NCBI RefSeq assembly: GCF_006345805.1
Contig: NC_042998.1
Coordinates: 72,168,001-72,232,000 of the forward strand
Length of the DNA: 64,000 nt
DNA from: Octopus sinensis
Lineage: Eukaryota
Direction: 5' to 3'
Shown: piece by piece, positions 1-13,811 of the stretch
Position numbering within the stretch: position 1 is the first letter of the stretch
Layout: every line of letters starts with the position of its first letter
The notes under the pieces: model-generated
What the model saw: the letters and a program-made list of their open reading frames with translations, nothing else
What the model was told of the DNA's origin: nothing
The model's database searches: none
Translations under genes and position numbers: made by a program

Positions 1-3000
1 GAAAGCAGAATTATTAATTTAGAAGGAAGACATTTTGTATTAATGAATTCCATTTCAACTGGCAGTTGTTACAAAAAAAAAACATGGTCAATTTAAAGAG
101 ATCCGCTAAGAGGTTACACAGTGCTAGAAATTACAATTTTCACATCTTGATGGAAAGAAAATATAAAGGACAATTAACTTTGGTTTGGAGTTGTTGTTAT
201 TATGGAGTTCCAATTGAAACCTAATCAAGGTAAAAACATCTACTTTATTCGATTTGTGGCATCTAGACGTTTATCATCCATCGTTCAAGATACTCAAGCA
301 TGATTTGCTGGAGATTCTGCTGTTATTAAGTTTTGAACACTGCGTAGAGCCATTTAAATATCTGACACCTGAATTTGTTACTGTACATATATATATATGT
401 GAACAGCAATACATATATTCAGTGCATACACCACCATCCAAAACGGCTGATATATAAGCTGCCAGAGAAAAGATATTTGAAGCCTGAACATATATGCTTT
501 GAACGAACATCATGCATCGCTTCCTCGTGTCTTTTCACTGTACCTTCATGTTCTACCGAAAAGAAAAAGGAAAATCGCAAATTGCACACACCACAAAAAC
601 AGCTGTCTACATGAAAGCCTTCTGAAAATATTGAAATCATTAAATGTAGTAATACTAAAACCATCTTAAGGATAACGATAATCCTGGTATTACCGACAGA
701 CATTGTTAGCAAACGATACATAGTGAAACACAGTATCAGAAAACACGATGATGAAATTGTAACCTGTTAAATACTATTGCTAATGACTTTCAGAGTGATT
801 GCATGATATTTAATTAATTTAAGAAGCTGAGAAACAATCACAGATTTGATGGGCAGTTTCATCAACGATAGAGTCTGACATACATATTAATTAATTAAAG
901 ATTTAATTTTAATAAAGAATTAATTAAATATTGCAAATATACAATCAAAAGAGTCCAAAGTTAAAATAGTAATTTGGGTGACCTTTGGAGTGAACTTTTG
1001 GAAGATGAAGCGTATTGTAACAAACTCAACGGTCAAAATTGCAGTAATCGGTATGTATTTGCAAGACGCAAACATATTCTGACAGTTTATTAATGCTTTT
1101 AAATATTTTTTGTTATTTCCTGTTTGAGAAAGTGAAAGGAGCTTGAAATTCACAAACCACATTGCCTGAATCTTTATTAATGATAATTATAGAAACAGTT
1201 TTAAACGTTGTTCATACCGAAGTGGAATTGGATCGGTCCGGGGCATTCATTACATGAACAACTTCTACACTCAATCTAAACCAAGATATAAAACACTTTC
1301 ATATATTGCACCATTACTTGGACGTTATCGCGTTTTTTGCATTACTCTCATTTTATTTTACCTTTCGCAAGTAGGAATTTGCCTAGAAGCATGTATTTAA
1401 TATATGCCTCATAATCGTCTCATCGACCTCTACAAGTTTGACGAGTTTGTTGTTTCCGTTATCTGAACTTGAACTGCCTCCGTTCGACACTCTACAAATT
1501 TAATTACGAAGGCATTTTGTTCGCAATTAGGAAAATAGGAAACTACGTTCCACTTCAAAAACTCACTCGCCCTTTTTTCCCCTTATTGTTCACATGTCAT
1601 TCGTTCCCTATTTAATAACTAAACAGTATTTATTCACAGCAGTTAGAAAATTATATATCACTCTTAGGTGAGGTTCCTCTTCCGAAACATTAGACAGATT
1701 TTCTTCATAACAAAGAAGGGCAAATGTCCCAGTTTTTAGAATATCGTAGAACCAGTGATAAGTGTTTGGAGAACGTTAGGTATTTAATCACTATGTATAA
1801 CATCACAGAAATGCGCTCTCTCACACACACGCACACACAAGTACATATACGTTTCACCTGACTTAAGTTATAGCTCTTTATTTAACTTTCATACGTTATT
1901 ATATCAACATTGATTGTATAGATCAATGACGAATATCGCTCAAACTGTGAACGTATCACATAATCAAATATGGCCTTTCTAATGGCACAACACAGCATAT
2001 GATTTTGAGGAAGTTTGAGCTATAATTTCCCATATGATGTGCAACTGTATATATATGCCTAACTCATTTTGAACCTCATAAATTTAATGGCGGTATTATA
2101 ATCTGTTCACGTCTCAAATATGTGTAAATCACTAAATATACCTTCCATTCGCTTTCATTTCTGGCATAGTAATCAGAGCAATATTGTATAATGCATTTTT
2201 GAATGAGTCTCAGAAAGTCACAGAAAAGGCGTGCTGCTTTTGATATCTAAAAGACCTTTAGATATAGTTAAGCGAACACTAACCAGCAATGATCTCTGTC
2301 GGATCTTATACATTTTGTTCCATTTCTTCATTGTTTACACTCATATTTTTCTGGAATGCCCTTCTAGCCAGAATCTTTGGTATGCCATTTCAGGTCGATT
2401 TCTTGTAATCATAGAGATTATGCACATTTTCATATTCAACACCCGATATAATTCATAGCCCTTAATACTCATTGAACCTCTATAGTATGCCCTACGTCCT
2501 CTGCATTAAATTGAATTACAGAGAAGGTTTATGAGTCGCACTAAAATCTGCGTTTCAGATTCACCTAGGAACGGAAAATCAAATTGAATGTTGATTATTG
2601 TGGAGGTAGTTGCACTTTAACGATGATAGAACATATAAGTTTGCAAGCGATGACAAGTAGAGCTACTGAAGTGTTTTGGGAGTAGATTACGGATAATAAC
2701 TACAAAATATAGTTGTTTTACATGAAAGCGAATTTTCTTGTCAGAAACAGCCACGTAAATGTTGTAATAAAATTGAAGGAAGACGCTGAAACTTACCCTC
2801 TGCAAGTTTGTTTTTTTCAACAGTAAAGGGAACTATTTTTTCAAAGGGATAATCTAACAAAAAGCTTTCTATTTTGTGTTCCTACGCAACCTGCGCATAA
2901 ACTAACAGCGAATGCTGCATAACGTTAAAATAGGCATGGGGCTTTCTGAAAGATACATATAACTTTCACTAGTGGAAGCAAAACTCTTATTTAAAGGTTG

Positions 3001-3419
3001 ATGCTTTGGGACGAATCCTATGTGATTGTTTAAAAGAAGGTTAAAACGGCAATGGTAAAATATATTTGAAACAATGATAAGCAATCGAAATATCATAATG
3101 GATGGGTAAATAAGCATCTTTAAAGTGGAACAATGCATTAGCAAGTAAACAAAGGCATCAACAAATAGAAGAGAGCGAAAGGAACATAACCATTCAAATA
3201 ACTCAGGATGGGTGAAGATAAGCTTTCCAGAGTTTAATGCAGTTTAAATATGGATATTAAGATTGTTTGGTAGTGGATATTTATCTGGCACAGTGTTCTT
3301 AGTAAATTTAATCACCGTGACAAGTGGACAGTTGAAATAAATAAATGCCCAAAATCATTTCACTTTTATAAAACGATTAAAAAATTATGGAAGATGCTAC
3401 ATACAAAGAACAATGTCCA

Positions 3420-3850
3420 TTTAGGTCTATTTACTCGGGAGTATTGGGCCAAATGTGTAATACATGAGCGTCCTTAGAACATAAGTAATGTATGTGTAAA
3501 GTCTGGTGAAAACCTGTTGGAAATTCTGGAAATGTATACGTTTAGTGTTCCTAGAGAATTTAATCACAGTCGCCGGTGAGCAGTGGAAATTTATAGACAA
3601 AATCCTTTCCCCTTTGTAAAAAGAAAAGTATGGAAGCCGCTACATGTTATAAAAATTGTTCTAAAAATCTAAGTAACCTATGTTCAGGTCTGCGATATGT
3701 AGCAGCTGTGTATAAAATTTTAAAGAAATAGGATGAAATATGTAGACGTTATTAAGATACATTACATTTGATTTTTATACGAACACACACACACAAACAC
3801 AAACACTCACACATTCACACACAGAAAACATTAATCTTATAGATATTACA
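3420..3850 (+). mobile_element. Degenerate non-autonomous Helitron/Helentron-like (DINE-1/pearl-type) element
   Basis: Two diverged tgtgtaaagtctggtgaaaa / tgtgtataaaattttaaagaaa core motifs followed by a CA-rich microsatellite; layout resembles mollusc HINE elements. Termini not resolved. Confidence 0.3.
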
Positions 3851-3991
3851 TCTATCTATCTATCTATCTATCTATATATCTATATATATATATATATACA
3901 TATATGTATATCATACATATATATGTCTATCTGTCCATCTATCTATCTATCTATCTACCTACCTATCTATGTATCTATCCATATATATATA

Positions 3992-4216
3992 TAACGGGAA
4001 GCTTTATGAAAATAGACAAAAGACGAAGGCAGGTGGAAAACAAACGAAGAATTGTATTAGTATGGCGCTCAGGAAATATAAATAAAACAAGTCTTTAACG
4101 TTTCGAGCCTACGCTCTTCAACAGAAAGATACACAGAGAGAAAATAAACACAGAAAGATGGAGAGAAAAAAGGAGGGAAAAAAATGCGTGCAGTAGCTAA
4201 CGAATCAACATGGCGA

Positions 4217-4217
<1 letters not shown>
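3992..4217 (-). mobile_element. Penelope-like element terminal (pLTR) fragment between (TA)n tracts
   Basis: Bounded by (TA)n on both sides and carries a hammerhead-type motif on the minus strand. Confidence 0.6.
4091..4130 (-). ncRNA. Minimal type I hammerhead ribozyme-like motif
   Basis: Minus strand reads tcttt-CTGTTGA-a-GAGC-gtag-GCTC-GAAAC-GT-t-aaaga: stem I tcttt/aaaga, 4-bp stem II, palindromic ACGT stem III. Core differs from CUGANGA at one conserved position. Confidence 0.6.
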
Positions 4218-4254
<37 letters not shown>

Positions 4255-4255
<1 letters not shown>

Positions 4256-4915
4256 GTGAGTACAGGACACCACAAATAGACGTAGAACTCAACGAAAGAC
4301 GAAAACGTAAAAACAAACATGGAAACGGACCTTTTTTAACAACGAAAAAACAGAGTACAAGATAAACAACACAAGGAAAATTCCTCTTCATCAGCTGTCC
4401 CTAGTTCGACTCCATGCGTGTTTCGAAGGTAAGGACAGAACACGACTTGTCGAACTAGCCCTTCCTACGAAAATATATGCAGAGGGGTAAAAACAAGGAA
4501 AGAAAAAATGTGACAAAAAGAGGACGTAAAAAATACAAATAAAAATACGAATAAAAAACAAATACAAAATAAAAATACCAATACAAAAAAATACAGTACA
4601 AGAAATGAAAACAAACAGGAAAACAAACAATGAGGGCCTCTTTTTTGGCCCAGACGAGGAAAAATTTAAGAGCGCAGGAAAAAAGCGTGTTCACTTGTAG
4701 GAGGCCGCCAGTGAAAGGAAGTTGGTCGACCCGGCAGTAAGAGGGATGAGGAGGAGTGAGAGAGAGAGAGAGAGATAGAGAGATAGGGAGGAAAAGAAAC
4801 CAGAAAGGGTGAAAAATAAGAAGGAGTGAAAAATAAGAAGGAGAGAGACAGGTAAAGAGGAAGACAGATAGGAAGGAAGGAAAGGTCAAGCAAAGGGTTA
4901 TAGAGTTTCGCGTCA
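4255..4915 (-). mobile_element. Second PLE-type terminal fragment with structured core
   Basis: (TA)n-flanked and strongly strand-biased; contains GAAAC and CTGATGA boxes plus a 10-bp inverted repeat (4401-4410/4449-4458). Confidence 0.45.
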
Positions 4916-7900
4916 TATATATATAAATATATATACTTGGAGAACAGAAAGGAAACGAAACGAAACGACGCGAGAGCGCTCAGTCATGCAAATATTTAAT
5001 AAATAAAATATATGCATACATACATATATGTACGTACCTACATCTACGTGCGGGTATGTATGCACGCGCGCATAAGTGATTGCAGTTACGTTTCATCGCA
5101 GATAAATTTGAATAGAAGCAAGGCTAAAGATGAAAAAAAGCAGAAAACGATAGCTAATATATACTATAGCAATTTTGAAATAGATTCTTTTTTATTTAAT
5201 GGCCTGTAGGTAGACCATGGGACGAAAAAAATGGGTAAACTTTTATATTATACAAGACCGATTAATGTTTAATGTAGCAAAGCTGATTTCACTGATATTG
5301 AAATCTAACTCATGCATTTGTTATGTCTTAAAATTTTAGGCGCATTATCTGAGATTGATTGTACATAGGTGTAGCGATTGCATGTGATACACTGGGCATA
5401 TGACTGCTGTATCTGGCAGAGTGAAATATATGCAGAGGATCCTAGTTTAAGCGATCTCCTTAATCATAAAACATATAATGCCTGAATCGACGGATTATTC
5501 AGTAGAATTCCTTTGTTTTAAATGTCGATGAAAATTATATAAATGATATATTCTCAATGTGTTCCTTTTTCGTTTTAACGTTCATGAAATAAAGACGTTT
5601 GTTCAGCGGATATTTGCGTCACTTATAGAGGTATATAGAAAAGTAATTCTTACCGTCTATTTTATGATGCGTTATACATTTCTTGTTGGAAATATATCTT
5701 AAAACTTTATTTACATTCTTAATTGATGAAGAACTTAGAAGGAAATTTTCAGTAATACTTGCTCCGTTGATTACTTTGAGAAGTAGAGTATGCGTGATTG
5801 GTAGAAATAATGAATAAAGAAATATTGGACATTAGAATCAAAGCCTTGTGATGATATTAAAAGGAAGCAATCTTTATCAAAACCGGTAATAATAAACTTA
5901 CCTCTTCTGGTGCGGCAATCTTGATTATTATACCGGGAGCTTAGGTTGCTCTAGCGGATATAGTCCTGTTTTAAACATTTTATGTAATTCCTCACATTAT
6001 TTCCATCCTTCCTTTCATCTGACTTGAGGATATGGAAAGACATTTATAAAACTAGCCACATTTACCTTCATAAAATAGATATTTTTCATGCCATGAGTGG
6101 GTTTACTGCGATAATGGTCAGATATTTAGATAATGTTGTCTGACATTAATTAATGTTAATTGCACTTTAAGATAATATGGTCAGCTTTAACTGTTCACAC
6201 TTGAAAGATTCAAATGCGATTTAATATTTTCTTTCGTCGTTTGCTGAATGACCTATACCGAAGAATGATTACTTAACAAATAGTATCCGTTCTGTATTTT
6301 CTATTATATTATTTACATCTCCATATTGCAATTAGACTAAACTAATATACTTTTATGAATACGAGGAAATCAAATAGAAAAAAATCCCCATTAGAAATAG
6401 TTTCCAATTGACATTGTAATTTTATGTTAACATTAAAAGACTATCGATTTTCAGATTCATATCTCATACAATGTAATCTTGGAGCGTATTTTCATAGACT
6501 GATATATTAGATTTTGTTTGACTATTCAATTAAAAGTTGACTTTCTTTCTAAAGCCATTTCAACTTATTTCTGGAATATTTTCTGTTGATATTTCTGATT
6601 CGTTTGTGATTTGGGATTTAACACAACAAAATGATAAATCACAGCCATATGTTGAAAGCTTTTTAACCAAAATATATTTGAATTGATAAAGAAAATAATA
6701 CAAATATGCAAAAATAGAAATATAAACACTGTCATGGAGTGTTTTGTGTGTTCATTTGAAACAAAATATTTTTCAAATAGAAACTTACACGAAAATACAT
6801 AAAAATATTTTCAAGTGCACAAATTCGTATCCATATATTCATTTCAGTTTGCAGATACAATTTACACACGGGAATGCACTCGTGTGCACATGAGTGAATG
6901 TGGCTTTATGTGTGCATTTGTATATCTGAGAATGCATGAAATTGTGTTCATGTGTGTTGTCCGGCGCGTCACACTGAACGGAATGACACTCAAGAAAAGG
7001 AGATGTATTCGTGATGTACGCGTTTGACATATCTATTTGTAGTACTGATAGAACTTCAACATTTGGCATGTGGTCTCTTAGTGGAACTGCAAACAGTATA
7101 AAATCAATAGCAAAACTGAAAACTCAAATACAGTAACATAAATCTTGCTCGACTGTCTTCTGTTTCCTTTCTTCATTTCCTCATTAATTCTGAGAAAAAT
7201 GTATTCTATCTTGTTTTAAATAAATAAAGTATATTATTTATATTGAAATATATTTTTGATATTTTTCTCTGGAGTTTATTAAACTATATGAAACACTTAT
7301 GATTTATATATTAATTTTCCTTCGTCAGGAAAATGTATGACTAAGTCTAGTAAATAAAGGAAATAAACATAAATATATTTTGAATTAAATTCAATTGTTT
7401 CATACACACACATACACACACACACACACACAGATATATATATATATATATAGATAGATAGATACATACATATATACATAAATACATGTATACTTCTATA
7501 TGTGTGTGCACGTGTGTGTGTGTTTGTGTTTGTCAGTGTGTGTCGTATAAAGGAAAGGAGCATATAATCAAAAAGTTGTTTAACCCAATCAATTTTTCTT
7601 TAAAACGATTATAACGCTGGTATACAACATCCCTATCACTAACTACAAGATGGAATACCATTGTCTTTTATTTAATATGTTTCGGTTATATTATATAACA
7701 TCTCCTTACAAAAAACAGTCATTACACAGTATTTAATGAAACTTTTCACACGACGAACATTTAAACAAAAAAATGTATCTATTAGATAGTTTTAATTGCT
7801 GTATTTTAAATATATATATCTACAAAATTATTACGTTAGGTATTTATATTATCGTATAAGTCAAACTACGCTTACATTAAGCTCACCTGTTTAAAGAAAG

Positions 7901-8603
7901 TATTATTTCCAAATGGACTTACTGAACGGAAGGAAAGTGATAAATACTTGTTGATAATTAAAAAATGAAAACCAAGGGATTCGTATGTGCTTCAGAGGAG
8001 GTGGATGACGCCAACCTTCTTTTGTGAGCTGAGACTTCTACTGCGGCTGCCCAGAGCATGCTTGAGAATAGATCTTATAACTGCGTGCCAGAGATAGGAA
8101 CGTGTTGCCACCAAGAGATAAGAACTTGTTGCGTTCACGGTCCTGCTGAATTAAAATGTTCAATCACATGGATGCTGAAATGTGTTATGTGTGTACCTTA
8201 CTAATTAACAGTAGATACACATCATAGCAAAATATATGAGCATACTAATAAAGCAGAGATACTTGAATCTGATCTACTTAAATTATATTTTATTCTCAGG
8301 CAATATATAGAGATAAGTTGCTAAAACTTTCTACAAAACAAAATGCCGAATAATCTGCAAAATTTCTGTAAATATGGTATATATTTTATTTCTCTCTCTG
8401 TCATTTTTATCTTTGTATGTGGACATCTATCTCTCACCTCATGGCTAACACAGATCCGCTTCATAGTAGAAAGATCAGCCATTTGATAATCAATCAATGT
8501 TTCTGATGTCGGTAGCTCCTCCCACAATAGAAATACATTAAAAAATAAGTAGTTTGTTTTCCGAAAGTTCCTTCTATACCATATCTTAAGAATACAATAA
8601 ATT

Positions 8604-9482
8604 CCACTCTTAAGCGAATTGTTAGAAAGGATCACAAAAGTACAACTCCCAAAATTACTGCACAGCTTAATGACCACCTCGTGAACACAGTTTCCACAAC
8701 AACTGCTCGTCGGGAGCTGCACAAATTTGATTTCACGGGAGGGCTGCAAACAGAAAGCAACTACTTACAAAAACACATGTTGTAAAGCGTTTAGAGTGGA
8801 GTAAAAACCTACAGAATCGGTGCCTAGAGCAGTGGAAGAAAGTTATTTTCTCGGACGACTCATCCGTTACCTTATTTCCGACCACCGGCTGAGTATACGT
8901 GTGGAGACAGCCAAAAGAAGCATTTGACCCAGACTGCCTTCTTCCAACTGTTAAATATGGAAGATCATCTGTGATGATCTGGGGGATTATATCTTAAAAT
9001 TCCGCCAGCCCAATGGTTTCCCTTCACGGAAGAATTAATAGACAAGACTATTTAAACATTTTTCTGATCCAATCAATCCTATGTTTGCGGAACTGTTTCC
9101 GGAGGGAAACGCAATCTTTCAGGATGTTAATGCATCAATTCATACATCTAAAGCTCTTACTGAATGGCACGAGGAACACTCTAATGTAGTTGAACATCTT
9201 ATCTGGCCACCACACTACCCAGATCTCAATATTATTGAACATTTATGATGCATTGTAGCAAAACAAGTAAGGACGCGATATCCTCCACCATCATCTCTAC
9301 AAGAACTGGATACTGTTTTAGCTGAAGAATAGACAACCTTCCTTTGGAAACAATTCAAATCTTTCACGAGCCCATACCTCGTAGGAATCAAGCTGTAATT
9401 ACTGCCAATGTCGGTCCTACCTAATATTAAAATAAATTTGTTTGAAATTTTAAGGTTTTTCCATTATTTTTTCCAACACCTG
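8604..9482 (+). mobile_element. Tc1-family (DD34E) transposase remnant with right TIR
   Basis: Hand translation gives TLKRIVRKDHK..KRLEWSK..WKKVIFSDDS..SVMIWG..IFQDVNASIH..WPPHYPDLNIIEHL, with stops and frameshifts. Ends ccattatttt ttccaacacctg followed by TA. Confidence 0.92.
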
Positions 9483-10217
9483 TATATGGTAACAATGGAT
9501 TTTTGCATGTTAAATAATATGTCTTTTGTACTTTCAGAAGGGTAATTTCGTAACTTTTGAGAATTACGTGCTAAATCAATTAAATCTTCATTGTGGCGAA
9601 CAGTAGAATCTAGCCTATTGATAAAATTTCCCCATCATTTTCCACATTACAATTTTGTATAGCTTATTTCCTCGCTGTGTTTGATCTCTGGCAACTGCCA
9701 TAGTGACACATATTTCAGATATACTTGTACGTTGTGTTTTGTCAATATACCCACATCTAAACATGCACTGTCATCTTTACGTTTGTTTTTGGTTTTCGTC
9801 TAAGTCTTGATCATGAGTAGTAGATTATGTGTTCCTTTTCCGTTCAAAGAATAGCTAAGTGCATCTAAAATAAAAATTTCTGCTATTTTGTGCGGATCTC
9901 TTGCTTCAGTAACTTTTCAAATCCTGATTCGTATTAGTGCTATACTACAATTTGGTTGTTTGTTGTTCATGTCTTCACTAAGATTCTCTGTTATTGATTT
10001 CATTAAGTATTTTCGATCGCTCATTTTCGAAGGTATTTTTCCTCCGATTTTGATATTTCTTTGATGTACAGCTTTGATGTATTAGCAAATTTTCTTAACT
10101 AATACATTTGTGATGTTAACATATGAATATACTGTTGATGATCACAAATGATTTTTATCTGGTATATGGAGTCAGTTCTGAGATTTTATTCCTGTCGATA
10201 TTTTAAGATTAACTATG

Positions 10218-10390
10218 TTAGTGAACTTGCAGAATCTTTGTACGCCGGAAAAATGCTTAGCAGTGTTTCGTCTGTCTTTGAGTTCTGCCAGTCATCTTTT
10301 ATGGTCAATAAAATAAGACCCAGGGTCGATGTAATCTACATCCCTCTCATCCTTTTAAATTTCAGTCCTTCTGCCTAAAACAGAGGGAAT
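10218..10390 (+). mobile_element. Degenerate tRNA-derived SINE (family A, tail type B)
   Basis: gcagaatc..cgccggaaaaatgcttagcagtgtttcgtctg..gagttctgcc..gggtcgatgtaatc matches the copies at 34.3, 37.2 and 54.8 kb. Confidence 0.7.
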
Positions 10391-11044
10391 ATTTTAAAAT
10401 TACCTTTTATGATTGAGAATCATGAAATATCTTTTATATTCTGGATCTTTTTAAATTTATGTACTCTTTTTACAATAATTACAGACTTATTTAGATTATA
10501 GAGTGTAAAGTTACAGTTTTCGATTCTTAAATATGCATTATCTTCTATTTTCTGATTGAACGGTTTTTGATGCAATTTTGGCTGGTCATTATACTCTAGG
10601 TGGAGATCGGAATTTTGTTTTCAAGTTCTTCTAATACACTTTGACTAGACATTATATTTACTTAAAGAAAATATCTCGTTCTTGATTGTGAGTGACAAAT
10701 ATCAAGCAAAATAATACCAAAACCATGATTGTTTTCACCAACCAATGCCCTACTAACGTTATATGCCATATTAATAATTCATTTCTTAGCTTCTTTCATT
10801 CCTTCACGCTGCAAATCATTCTGTAATAATTCAAAAACATTTAGCACCTGGTTTCTCAACCAAAGCCATTACCAAAACGATTGTCGTTCTTAATTTCAAC
10901 AATTCTATTTTATCTCTTGCATATCACAAATAAAATAATTCATAATTTCCTCGCCTCCGCCACACATTTTGTTATGTTAATTTTTCAATTATTTTTTCAG
11001 GTTCATCATGGAGGTCAAAGCCTTCATCTCATGCCTTTGAGTTC

Positions 11045-12203
11045 TAGCTAAGGAACTTAGACATCATCGCCGTAAAAACTTTAAATGAATTATATCGTGC
11101 ATCGAGCTGCAATACCTACTTCAAACCATTGTCACTCCGATTTGAACTTTCCTCGTAGTAACGCATGGACATTCGTTGAACATCTGGAATCCAAAAGAAG
11201 TCCATAGTTGCTTGAATTAGTGCGTGTTGAACAGATCATATGCATTGGCAAGATCTAGCCATACAATGTACAGGTTTTACTTCAGTTGTTTTGCACAGGT
11301 GATAACTTTCCAGATGGCAAATACATGTTCTATGCACCCAGGGATGCTTGCTTTTTGGATTGCTTCATTAACATACCTGTTTTGCTGTACGAATCTTATG
11401 ATCTGTCTAGCAATAATTCCAAACATGGTTTTCCCATCAGTATTTAACAATGAAATGGGTCTGAATTGCCCTAGTGTTCTTTGCCTTTAGGTAAATAGAT
11501 AGTGTTTTTGCCTTTGGGTAAATAGATACCTTCAGCTACACACCGTCGCTCCACTACGCCTTTCTTCTTCCACAATTCTCTTATCATTGCAAACAGCTGC
11601 AAACATAATTTCGGGCAATAGTTATTCAACTTGTGAACATTTTGCTCTTGCTTTTCTTATGAACTCATCCATGGCTTTTCGTCTGATGTCACTCGAATCG
11701 AATTCTACTCTTAGTTCAAGTGGTTTCTTCAGCTCATACATCTCTGTGAGTACTTTATCTCTGTCGGAGTCACTGTATGTTCCTTTAAGATGGCGCTCGA
11801 GCTCCTCTTTCATGCAATCCAAGCTTCCGCTTTTACTTTCAGTAAATAAACGTTTCGCCTATTGGTATGAGTTGTTTACAAATCTATGGTAGTTTTTTCT
11901 CTCTCCTTTAATCTGTTCTTCCTTATTTCTTTTCTTAGTAGTTCTCAATGCCACTTTTTTAATCTCTTCATATGCATGTTTTAACCCTTCTCTTTCCTCT
12001 TCTTTGCATCCCTCCATCTCGTTCTGAATTTTTTTCTTCTCTTTGCGATCCGTCTTTCCGTACTCGATGGTCTGTCCTTTGCCGATGATTCTCCATTCCC
12101 TGTTGTTTCAATTCCAAATCTTTTCTCTCCTTCCTGGTAGATCCTATTGGCCAAATTCCCGAGCTTTTGTTCGTCGTCCCCTTTGAATTTGATGGTCATC
12201 CTT
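11045..12203 (-). mobile_element. Non-LTR retrotransposon RT remnant, HERO/R2-like group
   Basis: Minus-strand translation: CVAEGIYLPK..GQFRPISLLNTDGKTMFGIIA..IQKASIPGCIEHVFAIW..NLYIVWLDLANAYD. Frameshifted, with a small internal duplication at about 11480-11530. Confidence 0.85.
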
Positions 12204-12204
12204 G

Positions 12205-13240
12205 CTATAGTCCCCCTTGCGGTTCACACACCTCTTCCATCGGTGTTTGGATCCAATTAGTGAAGATGTTTTCAACCTGTTGGTCACAGAAATCATCAAC
12301 AGCTAATATGGCATCATAAGCACTGCGAAACTGGTTCCTAAGCAAGTATATTTTCCTTTTGGGGAACTGTTGATAGCCAGTTGTGACCAAAGACGGAGAA
12401 TAAGGAAGGCAATCAAGCAGTTCAACGCCACACTGACGCTCAGAACCCATTGAAACGAAGGACTCCTTTGTTGCTCTGATGAAACAAGAAAACGTTCGTT
12501 AGTTTCCTTGAGCATTTGATCTTGATAGCCTTTCGTAACTGTCTCAGCAATTGAGCATATTACTCTTGATTAATATTGTGTCTCTTTTAAATAAACGCCA
12601 TGTCTTTTGAATTTGAAAAACATGAGACTATCACCTTCCCTGCAGATAAAACAACCTCGGCCTTCTTTGCAGACGATTGGGAGGTGTGTTCCCACTATAC
12701 GCATTCTCTCTTTGCCTCTGATTTAAAGTGGTGAAGCCAACAAAAATCATGGGTTAGGAAACATTTAACAAAATTAGCTGGATCTGCTTCAAAGAATAAT
12801 CATATTTTCCCGTGATATGGTCAGGCTGGTACTTTTTTGAATCAGGTGACAGTTGTGGCACCCACCGAGTGGAAACCTTCGTCATGTCACGTTCATTGTG
12901 TAGCGTAGTCTCAAACGTTCAGGGATATACTAATAGTATTAGCTATTTGATTTATAGTCAACTACATGTCATACGTCATCATGTAGTGAACATGCTTAAT
13001 GTTTTCATGAGTGGTGGAAATTGCACCTTGTGTCATCTTCAAGACTCCTCCTTCATCAAACTTCAACTGCTCACGTTGGCGCCTATCAGTTTAAATGTTT
13101 TATGGGGGGGGGGGGGCTAAACCCCTTTTCAACAGGTACCTTGTAACACAACGATGCCAATTTGTTTCCCATTTTCAAGAGATGCTGTTACTAGATACAT
13201 TTGAAATCTTCTTCGAAGAATCAGATTTCAGTTTAACTGT
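12205..13240 (-). mobile_element. Mariner (DD34D) transposase remnant
   Basis: Degenerate VPQL (WVPHxL), WLHHFKSEAK..SAGKV, LPYSPSL (PYSPDL) and C-terminal GDY motifs. Confidence 0.8.
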
Positions 13241-13609
13241 ACAGGATCAATGCAATTATCAATAAGAAGTGTTAAACTTAATACACGCTAGATTCCGCAG
13301 CTCTAGCATCACCACTTCATAGTAATCCTATGACATGTTCAGACAACCTACGTATGTATGTTTATATATATTTGTACATACATTTATGATTGTATGCATA
13401 TTATTGTGCATGACATTATTTATGAACATTTGTGTACATTCTGTTTTACACAAACTTAAAAGTATCTGCCTGGTGTTAAGTGTATGTTTCAATACTTTTA
13501 ATTTAATTCCCCAAATTTGTGTTATATATAAATCTATCTGTTTTCTGGTTTATAATAAATTACCACCGATCTATTGTTGCATTAAAATGAAATTGATACA
13601 GACAAGCTT

Positions 13610-13626
13610 GTATATGTATATATGTA

Positions 13627-13711
<85 letters not shown>

Positions 13712-13727
13712 CTCTCTCTCTCTCTCG

Positions 13728-13759
<32 letters not shown>

Positions 13760-13779
13760 GTATGTGTGTATGTACATAT

Positions 13780-13811
<32 letters not shown>

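Noticed and set aside
254-721. Overlapping short ORFs; EKIFEA*TYML*TNIMHRFL faintly resembles an RGS domain end
   Set aside because: In-frame stops, no other motifs and no exon structure.
5895-5975. Minus-strand AG...AG|GTAAGT candidate exon
   Set aside because: All three frames contain stops; splice-like motifs are expected by chance.
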